This document shows positions 11,451-22,400 of a stretch of 64,000 nucleotides of DNA, piece after piece (the first letter of the stretch is position 1; each line of letters starts with the position of its first letter). This stretch comes from an uncultured Bacteroidales bacterium. Lineage in GTDB: Bacteria; Bacteroidota; Bacteroidia; Bacteroidales; UBA10428. The notes under the pieces are model-generated. The model saw only the letters and a program-made list of their open reading frames with translations, was not told where the DNA came from and did no database searches. The DNA lies in contig CAWEGX010000019.1 of NCBI GenBank assembly GCA_963808745.1, positions 10,212-74,211 on the forward strand, given 5' to 3'. Made by a program: the position numbers and the translations under genes.

Positions 11451-11582
11451 TTTCAATGTTACAAATCTGTCATCCTCTGTTACAAGCCTGTTAGATTCAG
11501 GCTTCGTGGGTCGTACATTTACTTCAGAATTCAACCAATCAACAAATCAACAAATCAATAAATAATCAGGGAGGACAAAAAA
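11451..11582 (+). promoter_or_regulatory. conserved upstream block, copy A: direct repeat TGTTACAA-N13-TGTTACAA, CA-rich leader, strong SD-like AGGGAGGA
   Basis: Nearly identical to 13983-14124. TGTTACAA at 11457-11464 and 11478-11485. AGGGAGGA at 11568-11575, 7 nt before the ATG. Confidence 0.45.
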
Positions 11583-12058
11583 ATGAAAACAACTAACAAT
11601 CACACCCGCATCAGCAGAATATCCATGGTATTATGTTCTGCAATAGTTTTTGGATCTGTTCTGTATGCTCAGCCCTATGCTGGTTCAAATGCCAACAACT
11701 CAGACGAAGCATATAACAGGCTGGAAACTTTAATGGCCAGTACTGAAGAAGCTGTCAAATATGTAGCACCTTCAGTTGACGATTCGATGAAATTAATGAA
11801 GCCATGGAAAGACTGGAATTATTGGCAAATAATATCGAAATGGCTATCCGGTATGAGGCTCCGACAATTGAAACAGCCGAACTAAATGAGGCCGTTGAAA
11901 GACTTGAAGTATTGGCCAGTACCATTGAAAATGAGATCAGGTACAGGGTTCCTGAAGAAGAACAGACCAATGCAGTTGAATTCGCATCGGAACAAAACAA
12001 CCAGGAAAATGAAACGCTTAATGCTCTTAACATTAGTTATTGCTTACCTCAAAAATAA
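11583..12058 (+). pseudogene. small secreted protein with 3 x ~30-aa repeats, paralog A (frame change ~11775-11800)
   Basis: ORFs 11583-11885 and 11804-12058 together align with the intact paralog at 14125-14613. They share the N-terminus MKTTNNHTRISRISMV and the RLE.L....E..IRY.AP.IE repeats. Confidence 0.6.
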
Positions 12059-12186
12059 ATAAGGAAATAGAAAGTACTGAATCTGGCAAACTATTAAAAC
12101 TGACAAAGCCATGAAAACAATAATCACCCCTTCACTTTTGGAAATTCAGTTTTGCCCATCCTGTTGCAAGCACTGAATTCTATGAA

Positions 12187-12786
12187 TTGCTCATGCAGTT
12201 TGGACTGAACCTGGCAATTCTGCTGATCTTATCCAGAGCCTTGTATTTCAAATGGAACCGTAAGCCCGAATATATGTTTGCCCAACTGATAGCAGGGGTG
12301 ATTGTTTTCATGATATGCGCATTGCTTCGTTGGGTGCAGCTTGGACTGGGCCTTGTATTGGGACTTTTTGCCATATTTTCCATCATCAGGTTCAGGACTA
12401 TTAATATCCCGTTAAAGGAAATGGTCTATCTTTTCATGGCTGTTGGTATTTCGGCAGTAAATGCCTTGCTTCCAATGGACATTTGTCTGCAATGGATCCT
12501 CTTCGCCAATATTTTCCTTGTTGTTCTGACTTTCGTTATGGAAAAGGTTTTCTTTAGCAATAACCTTTCTCACAGGACCATAACATTTAATAACACGGAT
12601 CTTTTAAAGCCAAGCAAGCATCAATTACTCCTGCAGGAACTAAAAGATCTGACAGAGCTTAACATAATCCGTTTTGAAATTGGGAAGGTGGATTATACCA
12701 AAAAACATGCACAGATCAAGTTATATTTTACAGGTGACAGCAATGATAGCTTCAATGACGGTGAAAATGAGAATGATGATGACTGA
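12187..12786 (+). CDS. DUF4956-family membrane protein
   Basis: Multi-TM N-terminus (LAILLILSRALYFKWNRK...GLVLGLFAIFSIIRFRT) and an acidic C-terminus, as recalled for DUF4956. Confidence 0.55.
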   Translation: MLMQFGLNLAILLILSRALYFKWNRKPEYMFAQLIAGVIVFMICALLRWVQLGLGLVLGLFAIFSIIRFRTINIPLKEMVYLFMAVGISAVNALLPMDICLQWILFANIFLVVLTFVMEKVFFSNNLSHRTITFNNTDLLKPSKHQLLLQELKDLTELNIIRFEIGKVDYTKKHAQIKLYFTGDSNDSFNDGENENDDD

Positions 12787-12819
12787 CAAAAATACCTTTA
12801 TTCTTAGAAAACCATTTAA

Positions 12820-13924
12820 ATGTCTAAAGCCATGAAATCAACAACTAACCTACCGCTGTTTCTCTGCATCAGCATGCTCTGTAATTATTCTTACAGTCAG
12901 GAAATTTCCAGGATACATGATACTATTGCTCATGAGAAATATACAGAGGAAGTCACTTTGAAAAATGAATTTGACTTTTTTGCTTCAGAAGAACCGTTGG
13001 AATTGACACTGAGTTTCGACATAAAGGGACTTGCAAAAACAAAGCAGAAACCTAAGTATTTTGATGCCATGCTTACAGTGAAGGAAAATGATACAGATTC
13101 GATTTCGCAGCGCATTAAAGTGAAAACCAGGGGATATTTTCGCTGCAATTTTTGTTCATTTCCTCCCCTCATGATGAAATTTAGCAATAAGAATGGCGAA
13201 GCCATTCAGGTGGAAGGAAAGACCCTGAAGCTGGTTACCCATTGCCACCAGACACCCAAGTTCAATGAATATGTTTTAAAGGAATACCTGGCCTATAAAT
13301 TATTAAACAGCCTGGATTCTAACTATAGTTTCAAAACACGGCTTGTCAGGATCCATTATGTAGATATCAATAAATCGAAAAATTCATATACAGCTTATGG
13401 GATCCTGATTGAAAATGAAACGATGCTGGCAAAGCGCAATAATGCCGTAGTCATCAAGAGCAATAAGTTTACGCCGAAGGATATGAACTCTGCCGATATG
13501 AATCGGGCAGCCCTGTTTAATTTTATGATCGGCAACACGGACTGGTCGGTTCAGTATCAGCACAATGTTAAAATATTGATGTCATTTAAGTGCTCCCAAC
13601 GGTAAAGGGATCCCTGTATTATACGATTTTGATTATTCCGGTCTCGTCAATACCTATTATTCCGCCCCTTTTGAAGAGCTTCCTATAAAGAGTGTTCTGG
13701 AAAGGTACTACCAGGGTATTTGTACGGGTACAGAAGAAATGAAGCCCCTCCTCGAGGAATTTGCCGGGCTAAAGGACAGGATGCTGGGCACGATACAGGA
13801 TTTTCAATATCTTTCAAAAAGCGAGAAAAAGCAGGCAGAATCCTATATCAGCAGTTTTTATAACCTGTTTAAGAACCCAAATTACATGATGTCCCAGCTG
13901 AACAGCACCTGTAAAACTTTTTAA
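12820..13924 (+). pseudogene. secreted CotH-like atypical kinase family protein (distant), one frame change ~13580
   Basis: Signal peptide present. IKVKTRGYFRCNF...LKLVTHC...EYLAYKLLN...TRLVRIHYVD...YGILIENE resembles the CotH layout. FMIGNTDWSVQYQHNVKIL continues in another frame as GKGIPVLYDFDYSGLVNTYY, joining ORF 13739-13924. Confidence 0.45.
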
Positions 13925-13982
13925 AAGGGGACATACATGATGTGCTTAACAATCTTCCTTTTTTGGTCTACAATCATGAATC

Positions 13983-14124
13983 TTTCAATGTTACAAATCT
14001 GTCATCCTCTGTTACAATCCTGTTAGATTCACCCTAGCCTGCTGTCGTACATTTACATCAGAAATCAACCAATAAACCAATCAACAAATCAACCAATCAA
14101 TAAATAATCAGGGAGGACAAAAAA
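13983..14124 (+). promoter_or_regulatory. conserved upstream block, copy B (TGTTACAA-N13-TGTTACAA, CA-rich leader, AGGGAGGA)
   Basis: TGTTACAA at 13989-13996 and 14010-14017. Same leader and SD-like element as copy A. Confidence 0.45.
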
Positions 14125-14613
14125 ATGAAAACAACTAACAATCACACCCGCATCAGCAGAATATCAATGGTATTTTGTTCTGCAATAGCTTTTGGATCTG
14201 TTCTGTATGCTCAGCCTCATGTTGGTTCAAATGCCAACAACTCTGACGAAGTTTATAGCAGGCTGGAAACTTTAATGGCCACCACCGAAGAAGCTGTCAA
14301 ATATGTAGCCCCTTCAGTTGAGGCCGATGAAATTAATGAAGCCATGGAAAGTTTGGAATTATTGGCAAATAATACCGAAATGGCTATCCGGTATGTGGCT
14401 CCGACAATAGAAACAGCCGAACTAAATGAGGCAGTTGAAAGACTTGAAGTATTGGCCTGTAGCATTGAAAATGAGATCAGATACAGGGTACCGGTTGAGG
14501 AACAGGACAATGCCATTGAATATGCAGATAATGATAATAACGAGAAGACTGATTTTAATTCTAATGCTGATGAATTCTTAACATACAATTCAGTCTCTGC
14601 AGAAAATGAATAA
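14125..14613 (+). CDS. small secreted protein with 3 x ~30-aa repeats, paralog B (intact)
   Basis: Signal-like N-terminus. Repeats: SDEVYSRLETLMATTEEAVKYVAPSVE / ADEINEAMESLELLANNTEMAIRYVAPTIE / TAELNEAVERLEVLACSIENEIRYRVPVEE. Confidence 0.6.
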   Translation: MKTTNNHTRISRISMVFCSAIAFGSVLYAQPHVGSNANNSDEVYSRLETLMATTEEAVKYVAPSVEADEINEAMESLELLANNTEMAIRYVAPTIETAELNEAVERLEVLACSIENEIRYRVPVEEQDNAIEYADNDNNEKTDFNSNADEFLTYNSVSAENE

Positions 14614-14753
14614 GGATTTTGGAAATGCTTTATAAAACATGCTTTCAAAGCTGGAAATCAGGTATTTCACTTGACTTCCTGCTTTTTTTTTTGTACTTTA
14701 AATGCATAATGCAAAGCAATTAACAAAAACAAATATAAACTCCTCATTACGTA

Positions 14754-16040
14754 ATGAAAAAAACAACGGCAATTTTAGTGCTGCTCTTCATCAGTATGAA
14801 TATTTTCAGCCAGTTCCAAAGGATAATAAATCATGAGATTCCCCTTAAAGCAGGATTAACTCAACATATTGGAATATTTCAGAATCATAATCGCATCGTA
14901 TCGTATTCCAATTTAATACCCGGCAAATATGCTTTCAGGATTAAAGGTTCCTATGCTAAAGGCGTCAGGAAAGAGTCAGGCATCTCAGTTAACATCATTA
15001 TCCTTCCAGCTTTTTTGATGACAACACCAGCATATATTATTTATACAGTCCTTTTCATGCTTCTTCTCACAGGATATTATCACCGGCGGACAAGAAGTCT
15101 GGGAAAAGAGAAAATAGCACTGAAAAAACAGGTAAAGGAAAACACTGAAAAATTGAATGAATTGAATACCCTGCTCGAGGAACAAAATGAAGAATTAATG
15201 CTGAAGAAAGAAGAGATGAAGACCATCCTGGAAAATCTGCAGAAAACCCGGGAACAACTTATTGAATCAGAAAAAATGGCCGCTTTGGGGGGGCTGGTTG
15301 CAGGAGTCGCACATGAAATAAATACACCGGTGGGTATTGGTGTTACAGCTATTAGTAATATAGTGGAAGAAGTGCAAAAAATGGCTGAACTTTATAAGAA
15401 AGATGAGCTCAGCCGGAAGACATTTAAAGAGTTTTTGCAGTCAAGCTATGATGCCTCGAAACTAATCCAGAAAAACCTTGAACGTACCGCCTCGCTTATC
15501 CAGAGCTTCAAACAGGTGTCTGTGGATCAGGTGTCAGAACAACAACGCAAATTCAATGTAGAATCCTATTTCAAAGATATCATTCGCAGTCTGTCCCCGA
15601 AATTTAAACATAAGGATATTACATTTCATATTGAATGTGATGATGAATTGGAAGTAGATTCATTCCCCGGTGCCTTTTCTCAAATATTTACAAACCTCCT
15701 GTTAAACAGTTTCTCACATGGCTTTAAAGAAAGAGAAAAAGGCATTGTCACCATCAGCGCAGTTGAAAAAAATGACATGCTTAAGCTCGAATACCGTGAT
15801 GATGGTGCAGGAATAAACAGGAATGACTTGCCGCATATTTTCGAACCCTTTTATACTTCCGACCAAAACAGGGGTACAGGGCTGGGACTGAACATTGTAA
15901 ATAACCTGGTTAAACAGAAGTTGAATGGAAATATATCCTGTGAAAGTGAACCCGGAAAAGGGGTGATATTCAAGATTGAAATACCGGTAATACTCAAAAT
16001 CCAAACCCATGGAGAACAATCATATAGAAAAGCTCTTTGA
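14754..16040 (+). CDS. sensor histidine kinase with a vestigial Y_Y_Y-type periplasmic segment
   Basis: Signal peptide, then LIPGKYAFRIKG (Y_Y_Y-like), a TM helix and a coiled coil. H-box GVAHEINTP, N-box FTNLLLNSFSHGF, G-boxes YRDDGAGI and GTGLGLNIV. Confidence 0.75.
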   Translation: MKKTTAILVLLFISMNIFSQFQRIINHEIPLKAGLTQHIGIFQNHNRIVSYSNLIPGKYAFRIKGSYAKGVRKESGISVNIIILPAFLMTTPAYIIYTVLFMLLLTGYYHRRTRSLGKEKIALKKQVKENTEKLNELNTLLEEQNEELMLKKEEMKTILENLQKTREQLIESEKMAALGGLVAGVAHEINTPVGIGVTAISNIVEEVQKMAELYKKDELSRKTFKEFLQSSYDASKLIQKNLERTASLIQSFKQVSVDQVSEQQRKFNVESYFKDIIRSLSPKFKHKDITFHIECDDELEVDSFPGAFSQIFTNLLLNSFSHGFKEREKGIVTISAVEKNDMLKLEYRDDGAGINRNDLPHIFEPFYTSDQNRGTGLGLNIVNNLVKQKLNGNISCESEPGKGVIFKIEIPVILKIQTHGEQSYRKAL

Positions 16041-18229
16041 ACAGGATGCCAGAAAGAAAAAGAGGACAGCAAACTTTTTAAAAGCAATAAAAAAGAATTT
16101 CAAAATGAAAAAGCGCCCATAACCGATGATTCATCAGATAGCTGGAAAGTACTTCTGGTAGATGATGAGGAGGACATACACAGCGTGACGCGCATGGCAT
16201 TAAAAGGTTTTACATACCAGGGGAAGGAAATCCAGTTTTTGCATGCCTATTCTGGCGACGAGGCAAAACAACTGTTGCCTAAACACAAGGATATTGCCCT
16301 GATCTTTCTGGATGTGGTGATGGAAACCAATCATGCCGGACTCGATCTGGTCAAGCACATCCGGGATGTCATGAAGAATCATTTTACCCAGATCGTGCTG
16401 CGTACCGGGTATCCCGGGCAGGCACCTGAACGTGAGGTTATTGCAGCCTATGAGATTAATGATTACAAAACGAAGACTGAACTTACCACCTTCAAATTGT
16501 TCACGGTAACACTCGCATCCTTACGATCATATGACTCAATCATGCGGCTTGAAAATCTCAGACATAACCTGGAGAACATTGTGAAGGAAAGAACAGCCGA
16601 ACTGGAGCGGAAAAATGTAAAGATCATGGAAATGGACCAGATGAAAACCCGTTTCTTTTCCAACGTATCCCATGAGTTCCGTACTCCGTTAACATTGATT
16701 ATCGGCCCACTTGAAGATCTTTTGGTTGATAAGGAACTGACATCCCACAAAAAAGACACTCTTGAAATCATGCATAGAAATGCGCTCAGAATACTGGGAC
16801 TTGTCAATCAGCTGCTTGACCTTGCGAAAATAGATGCTGGCAGCATGAAGCTCAGCATCATGTATTGTGACCTTAATAAAGTGCTTCGGTTGATTTCAAG
16901 AAGTTTTATTTCCATGGCTGAAAGGAAGAAGATAAGATATACCATGGACATACCTGAAGAGGTAATGAATTGTTTCTTTGATCGGGATAAGGTGGAAAAG
17001 ATCCTTGTCAACCTGCTCTCCAATGCATTCAAATTTACACCTGAACATGGGGAAATAATATGCTCCGTTACAAGTGAAAAAGAGGAGCGGTGATAACCAT
17101 TATGTTGAGCTGGTGGTACAGGATTCGGGTCCTGGGATACCGGCTGAACAACTTGAAAAAATATTTGACCGGTTTTACCAGGTGGAAGATGGATGGAAAA
17201 AAGGGACAAGTGGAACAGGTATTGGTCTTTCTCTCACCAAAGAATTAACCGTTTTACTGCATGGTGAAATCCGGGTTGAAAGCAATCTGCAAAAAGGCAG
17301 CCGTTTTATATTGAGATTGCCTGTAGGCAAAGACCACTTGAAATCGCAGGAATATGTCATCGTGGAAGATCAAGAGATTGATGGACAATCCTTGTATATT
17401 AAATGCAATATATCCGAAAATTCACAAAAGGTACGTGATGACACTTTAGTAACAACTTACAGCAACGACCGGCCAATTGTACTTATCGTAGATGATAACC
17501 AGGATATCCGTCATCACCTCAGAGAATCACTTGTTAAGGATTTTATTGATAAAAGAAGCCGTCAATGGAAAAGAGGGACTTGAAAAGGCCATTGACATTG
17601 TCCCCGACCTCCTGATTACTGATCTGATGATGCCGGAAATGGATGGATTGGAATTATGCAGGAAACTGAAAACTGATGAACGTATTAGCCATATACCAGT
17701 GATCATGCTTACAGCGAAAGCTGAGGCAGATGACAAAATAGAAGGACTTGAAACAGGTGCCGATGACTATATTACTAAACCATTTAACAGTAAGGAGCTT
17801 ATTATAAGAACAAAAAATCTGATTGAGCAGCGGAAAAAACTAAAGGAAAAATACAACCATCAGATTTCACTGGAAGTCAACGAATCGGAAATTAAATCTG
17901 TTGATGAAAAATTCCTCGAACGTGCCAGAAAGATTATTGAAAAAAACATTGGTGATTGCAGTTTCGATGTGAATAGCTTTTATCCTGAAATGGGTATGAG
18001 CAGAATGCAATTATTCAGAAAATTAAAGGCCCTTGTAAATCAAACACCTGGTGAACTCATCCGCAATCTGAGGCTTCAGCGGGCGGCGCACCTCATCAAA
18101 CAAAATTACGGAAATGTTTCTGAAGTGACTTATGAGGTTGGTTTTAACAACCTTTCCTATTTTGCCAAATGTTTTAAGGAAAAATATGGCTTGTTGCCTT
18201 CTGATTATCAGAAACAATTTAATATTTAA
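16009..18229 (+). pseudogene. hybrid regulator REC-HisKA-HATPase-REC-AraC HTH, reading frame interrupted ~3 times
   Basis: REC1 KVLLVDDEEDIH...FLDVVM. H-box SHEFRTPL. LLSNAFKFTP, DSGPGI, GTGIGLS. REC2 LIVDDNQDIR...DLMMPEMDG...MLTAK. AraC-type C-terminus FAKCFKEKYGLLPSDY. Frame changes at ~17085 and ~17550 (A4 run). The start is probably ATG 16009, with a further shift in the A-rich stretch ~16100. Confidence 0.7.
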
Positions 18230-18580
18230 TTTCAGATTACGGCAATTTCAAATAGATTACTTTTAAAGGTGAAGTTGCTAAACTCACCGGAATATATTTT
18301 CATGGCGATAACCTGAAAACTACTTTCCAGTCAATCGTTTTTCATATATTTGTTATGAAAAATCGGGGATTGATTTTAAAGAAATTCTAACATTCTAGTA
18401 TACGGATTTTGTGCACTTGTACATAACGATCACAAGGAAATAACAGTTCCCTCATACAACATTGAATTATCAGGTAACTGAACTATTTTTTTGGCTGTAA
18501 ACTAGATTTCATCTTCTTTTTATAAGTAATTATATCTGTATAATTGATCCTAACATAAAGGTTAAAAAAGTATTTAAAAG

Positions 18581-19054
18581 GTGACAAAGTTATTATTTTT
18601 GATAATTGCATTTTTTCTGTTAGAGTGCAATTCAGGTAATTATGTAACAAATGAGACAATGATTCCTGTTTCAATGGTTATCTACAAAACAAAGAAAGAT
18701 TACTCCGAATATTTACCCATTACATTAAATAATAAAAAAGATAGAATAGTATCATATCCTTCACCCAGAGATATATATTATAATGGGAAGCTTGCTTTGC
18801 CAAACAAGCTAAAAAAAGGCTATTATCTTGATAACAGGGGGATCTCGCTTAATTCAGTCTTTACATCATACACTTATGAAGAGTATTCAAAGCTAGATAA
18901 GGCTCCTGATTTGGAAGATTTGATGAAAAGAATAATTGACTTTGACCCCTTTTTGGAAATTTATAGTTGCGGCAATCGGATTGATACGAATATGAATACT
19001 CTTATTAATAAATTGATTGATAATAAATTTAAGGATTGTCAAAGAATTAAATAA
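18581..19054 (+). CDS. hypothetical lipoprotein (AT-rich gene)
   Basis: 157-aa ORF (GTG start in the track) with lipobox-like FFLLECNSG. No family recognised. Confidence 0.35.
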   Translation: MTKLLFLIIAFFLLECNSGNYVTNETMIPVSMVIYKTKKDYSEYLPITLNNKKDRIVSYPSPRDIYYNGKLALPNKLKKGYYLDNRGISLNSVFTSYTYEEYSKLDKAPDLEDLMKRIIDFDPFLEIYSCGNRIDTNMNTLINKLIDNKFKDCQRIK

Positions 19055-19263
19055 CTCAAAGGTCTGGTTTAAGTTAAATAGTTTTGTTAGCGTTAAAAAT
19101 AACACGCCTTCAAAATCAACGTTTACTAATACCCTATTACTGTGGTATTCAATGCATAAATAATCTATTTGTTGGAGTTAAAACTTATTTTCATTATTCC
19201 GTATTCAAATATTACTAAGTCTCTACCCTCCAGATCAATGCGGAATTTAAATTAAATAAGAAA

Positions 19264-19299
19264 TCAAGTGGATAAGTCTTCAATTAACTATCCACTTGA
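19264..19299. terminator. 11-bp perfect inverted repeat between convergent genes
   Basis: tcaagtggata (19264-19274) and tatccacttga (19289-19299) with a 14-nt loop. No clear T-run, so it could instead be a protein-binding site. Confidence 0.3.
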
Positions 19300-19417
19300 C
19301 TTCTCTATCCGCAGAACCAACATAAATTACTAAAGAAATACTGGTTTTCTTGTTTTCCGAAATCTTTAGTTTATATTCTTCAATTTGTTAGTATATAGAT
19401 TATTGAACACTAGATTC

Positions 19418-22400
19418 CTAGTTCTTAATGAACTTTGAAGTTATGATTTTACCAGAAGTAACAATTCTAACAAAATAAAGTCCTGAAGGAAAGTCTTGAA
19501 CATCAATGATTTCATTAATTTGTTGATTAGTTTCTAATGGTTTCATAAATACTTGCTGTCCTGTTGGGCTTATTATCTCTAATCGTAATATATTGTCAGA
19601 ATTTCCATTCATGATAACACAAATCATATCCGATGTCGGATTTGGAAAGACATTTAGAGAAATATTCTTATGAACGAGACTATCTTCTCCAATTGCATTG
19701 GCATTATCTTTTATTTCTTTAATCGCTGCAACGTCCGGCCATTGGCCTGTAAGACCGATTGAATAACTTCCAGTAGCCGTGGATGAATATGCTTTCACTT
19801 TCACATAGTACCAGCCAAACGGATAATCCTGCCTCGATATCATTGCATTTAAACCCTCCCCGTCATCATCATCTGAATCGAGCAATGTAGTCTGATCACT
19901 ATCATATAGGTACATATAAGTATCCAGACTACCTTGTGTCTGAACGATATAGACCCAAGGGCCTCCATTTACGGTCTGGAATTTATACCAGTCATTCTCC
20001 CCTGCCGAACTTATAGATGCATTTACCGCTGCTGCAAAGACTGTGAGGGTCACAACGTTAGTTGCTTCAGTCTTTACATCGATGGAATAATTCCCGGTGG
20101 CAGAGGCGGAATATGCTCTTACCTTCACATAGTACCAGGTATTTGCACTCAGGCTGCGTGATATCAAAGAATTATTTCCATCCCCGTCATCATCATCCTC
20201 TTCGATAAGGGTAGTCTGGTCACTCTGGTAGAGATACATATACATATCTGTGCTGCCATAGGTCTGCATGGTATAAGTACCGGCCGTGCCGGTCTGGAAT
20301 TTGTACCAGTCGTTCTCCCCTGCTGAACCAATAGATGCATTTACCGCTGCTGCATTGACTGTGAGGGTCACAATGTTTGTTGCTGCAGTCTTTACATCGA
20401 TGGAATAATTCCCGGTGGCAGAGGCGGAATATGCTTTGGTTTTAACATAGTACCAGGTATTTGCACTGAGGCTGCGTGTTATCAAAGAATTATTCCCATC
20501 CCCGTCATCATCATCCTCTTCAATAAGGGTAGTCTGGTCACTCTGGTAGAGATACATGTACATATCGGTGCTGCCATAGGTCTGCATGGTATAAGTACCG
20601 GCCGTGCCGGTCTGGAATTTGTACCAGTCGTTCTCCCCTGCTGAACCAATAGATGCATTTACCGCTGCTGCATTGACTGTGAGGGTCACAATGTTTGTTG
20701 CTGCAGTCTTGACATCGATGGAATAATTTCCGGTGGCTGAGGCGGAATATGCTTTGGTCTTAACATAGTACCAGGTATTTGCACTGAGGCTGCGTGTTAT
20801 CAAAGAATTATTCCCATCCCCGTCATCATCATCCTCTTCAATAAGGGTAGTCTGGTCACTCTGGTAGAGATACATGTACATATCGGTGCTGCCATAGGTC
20901 TGCATGGTATAAGTACCGGCCGTGCCGGTCTGGAATTTGTACCAGTCGTTCTCCCCTGCTGAACCAATAGATGCATTTACCGCTGCTGCATTGACTGTGA
21001 GGGTCACAATGTTTGTTGCTGCAGTCTTGACATCGATGGAATAATTTCCGGTGGCTGAGGCGGAATATGCTTTGGTCTTAACATAGTACCAGGTATTTGC
21101 ACTGAGGCTGCGTGATATCAAAGAATTATTTCCATCCCCGTCATCATCATCCTCTTCGATAAGGGTAGTCTGGTCACTCTGGTAGAGATACATATACATA
21201 TCTGTGCTGCCATAGGTCTGCATGGTATAAGTACCGGCCGTGCCGGTCTGGAATTTGTACCAGTCGTTCTCCCCTGCTGAACCAATAGATGCATTTACCG
21301 CTGCTGCATTGACTGTGAGGGTCACAATGTTTGTTGCTGCAGTCTTTACATCGATGGAATAATTCCCGGTGGCAGAGGCGGAATATGCTTTGGTTTTAAC
21401 ATAGTACCAGGTATTTGCACTGAGGCTGCGTGTTATCAAAGAATTATTCCCATCCCCGTCATCATCATCCTCTTCAATAAGGGTAGTCTGGTCACTCTGG
21501 TAGAGATACATGTACATATCGGTGCTGCCATAGGTCTGCATGGTATAAGTACCGGCCGTGCCGGTCTGGAATTTGTACCAGTCGTTCTCCCCTGCTGAAC
21601 CAATAGATGCATTTACCGCTGCTGCATTGACTGTAAGGGTCACAACAGCGCTAGAGGGTGTTGAATATACTTTCAAATTTTTTAAATAACCTTTAAAAAC
21701 CGTTGCATTGCTGTAATTCGTTGCACCGACATTATAATCACCACTTGAATTTAAAATTGCGCTCTTAGTGGCAATTAATATATCATCCATATATACATAC
21801 ACCACATTATCCTTATAAACAATTTTGGCATTATGCCATTGATTCAAGCTTATGGAAGTCTGTGTTTTTGTATAATCACTGTTGTTTGTTAAGAAACTGA
21901 CCTTTTCTAAACCTGCTTCATAATAATGACAAAAACCAATCCAACGACTCGAGGTTCCTCCAATAAATACTGGATGCGAATAGGTAGTTGATGAAAACAA
22001 TTGAGTAATCATAAAATCCATAGATATTGTGAATGAATTTATATTGAATCCATTTATCCTGGAGGGAGTCATTACTTTACAACCAGTCGTCGGAAAATCA
22101 AGATCATAAATTCCGTTGCAATAAACTCCACCATTTTGAAATGGTGCATTTCTTAAAGTCATTGGACTATTTTGGCCCGTAATATCAATTCCATCGGATA
22201 AAAGCGGATAATGTGCGATTAAATTTGTATTATCTTCTTCCGGTGCTATCCCGACATGTGCGTATTGATGATAATTAAATACGTATATACTTGGTGTTAA
22301 ATCATTTAGATAATAATATCCATTAGAGTTACCTCCCCATCCCCAATTAAAATGAAAGTAATCCGTATTTTGATATCCATCACATACAAAGGCGTGACCA

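Noticed and set aside
16038-16040. In-frame TGA between the kinase and the downstream REC domain as stop-codon recoding or selenocysteine
   Set aside because: Many clear genes in the window terminate with TGA. No SECIS-like hairpin is evident. An ATG at 16009 plus a frame change in an A-rich run explains the layout more simply.
19736-21643. The tandem repeat array as a possible CRISPR or satellite
   Set aside because: The period is 318 bp with no spacers. The repeats are in frame and encode PPC-type domains of the peptidase.
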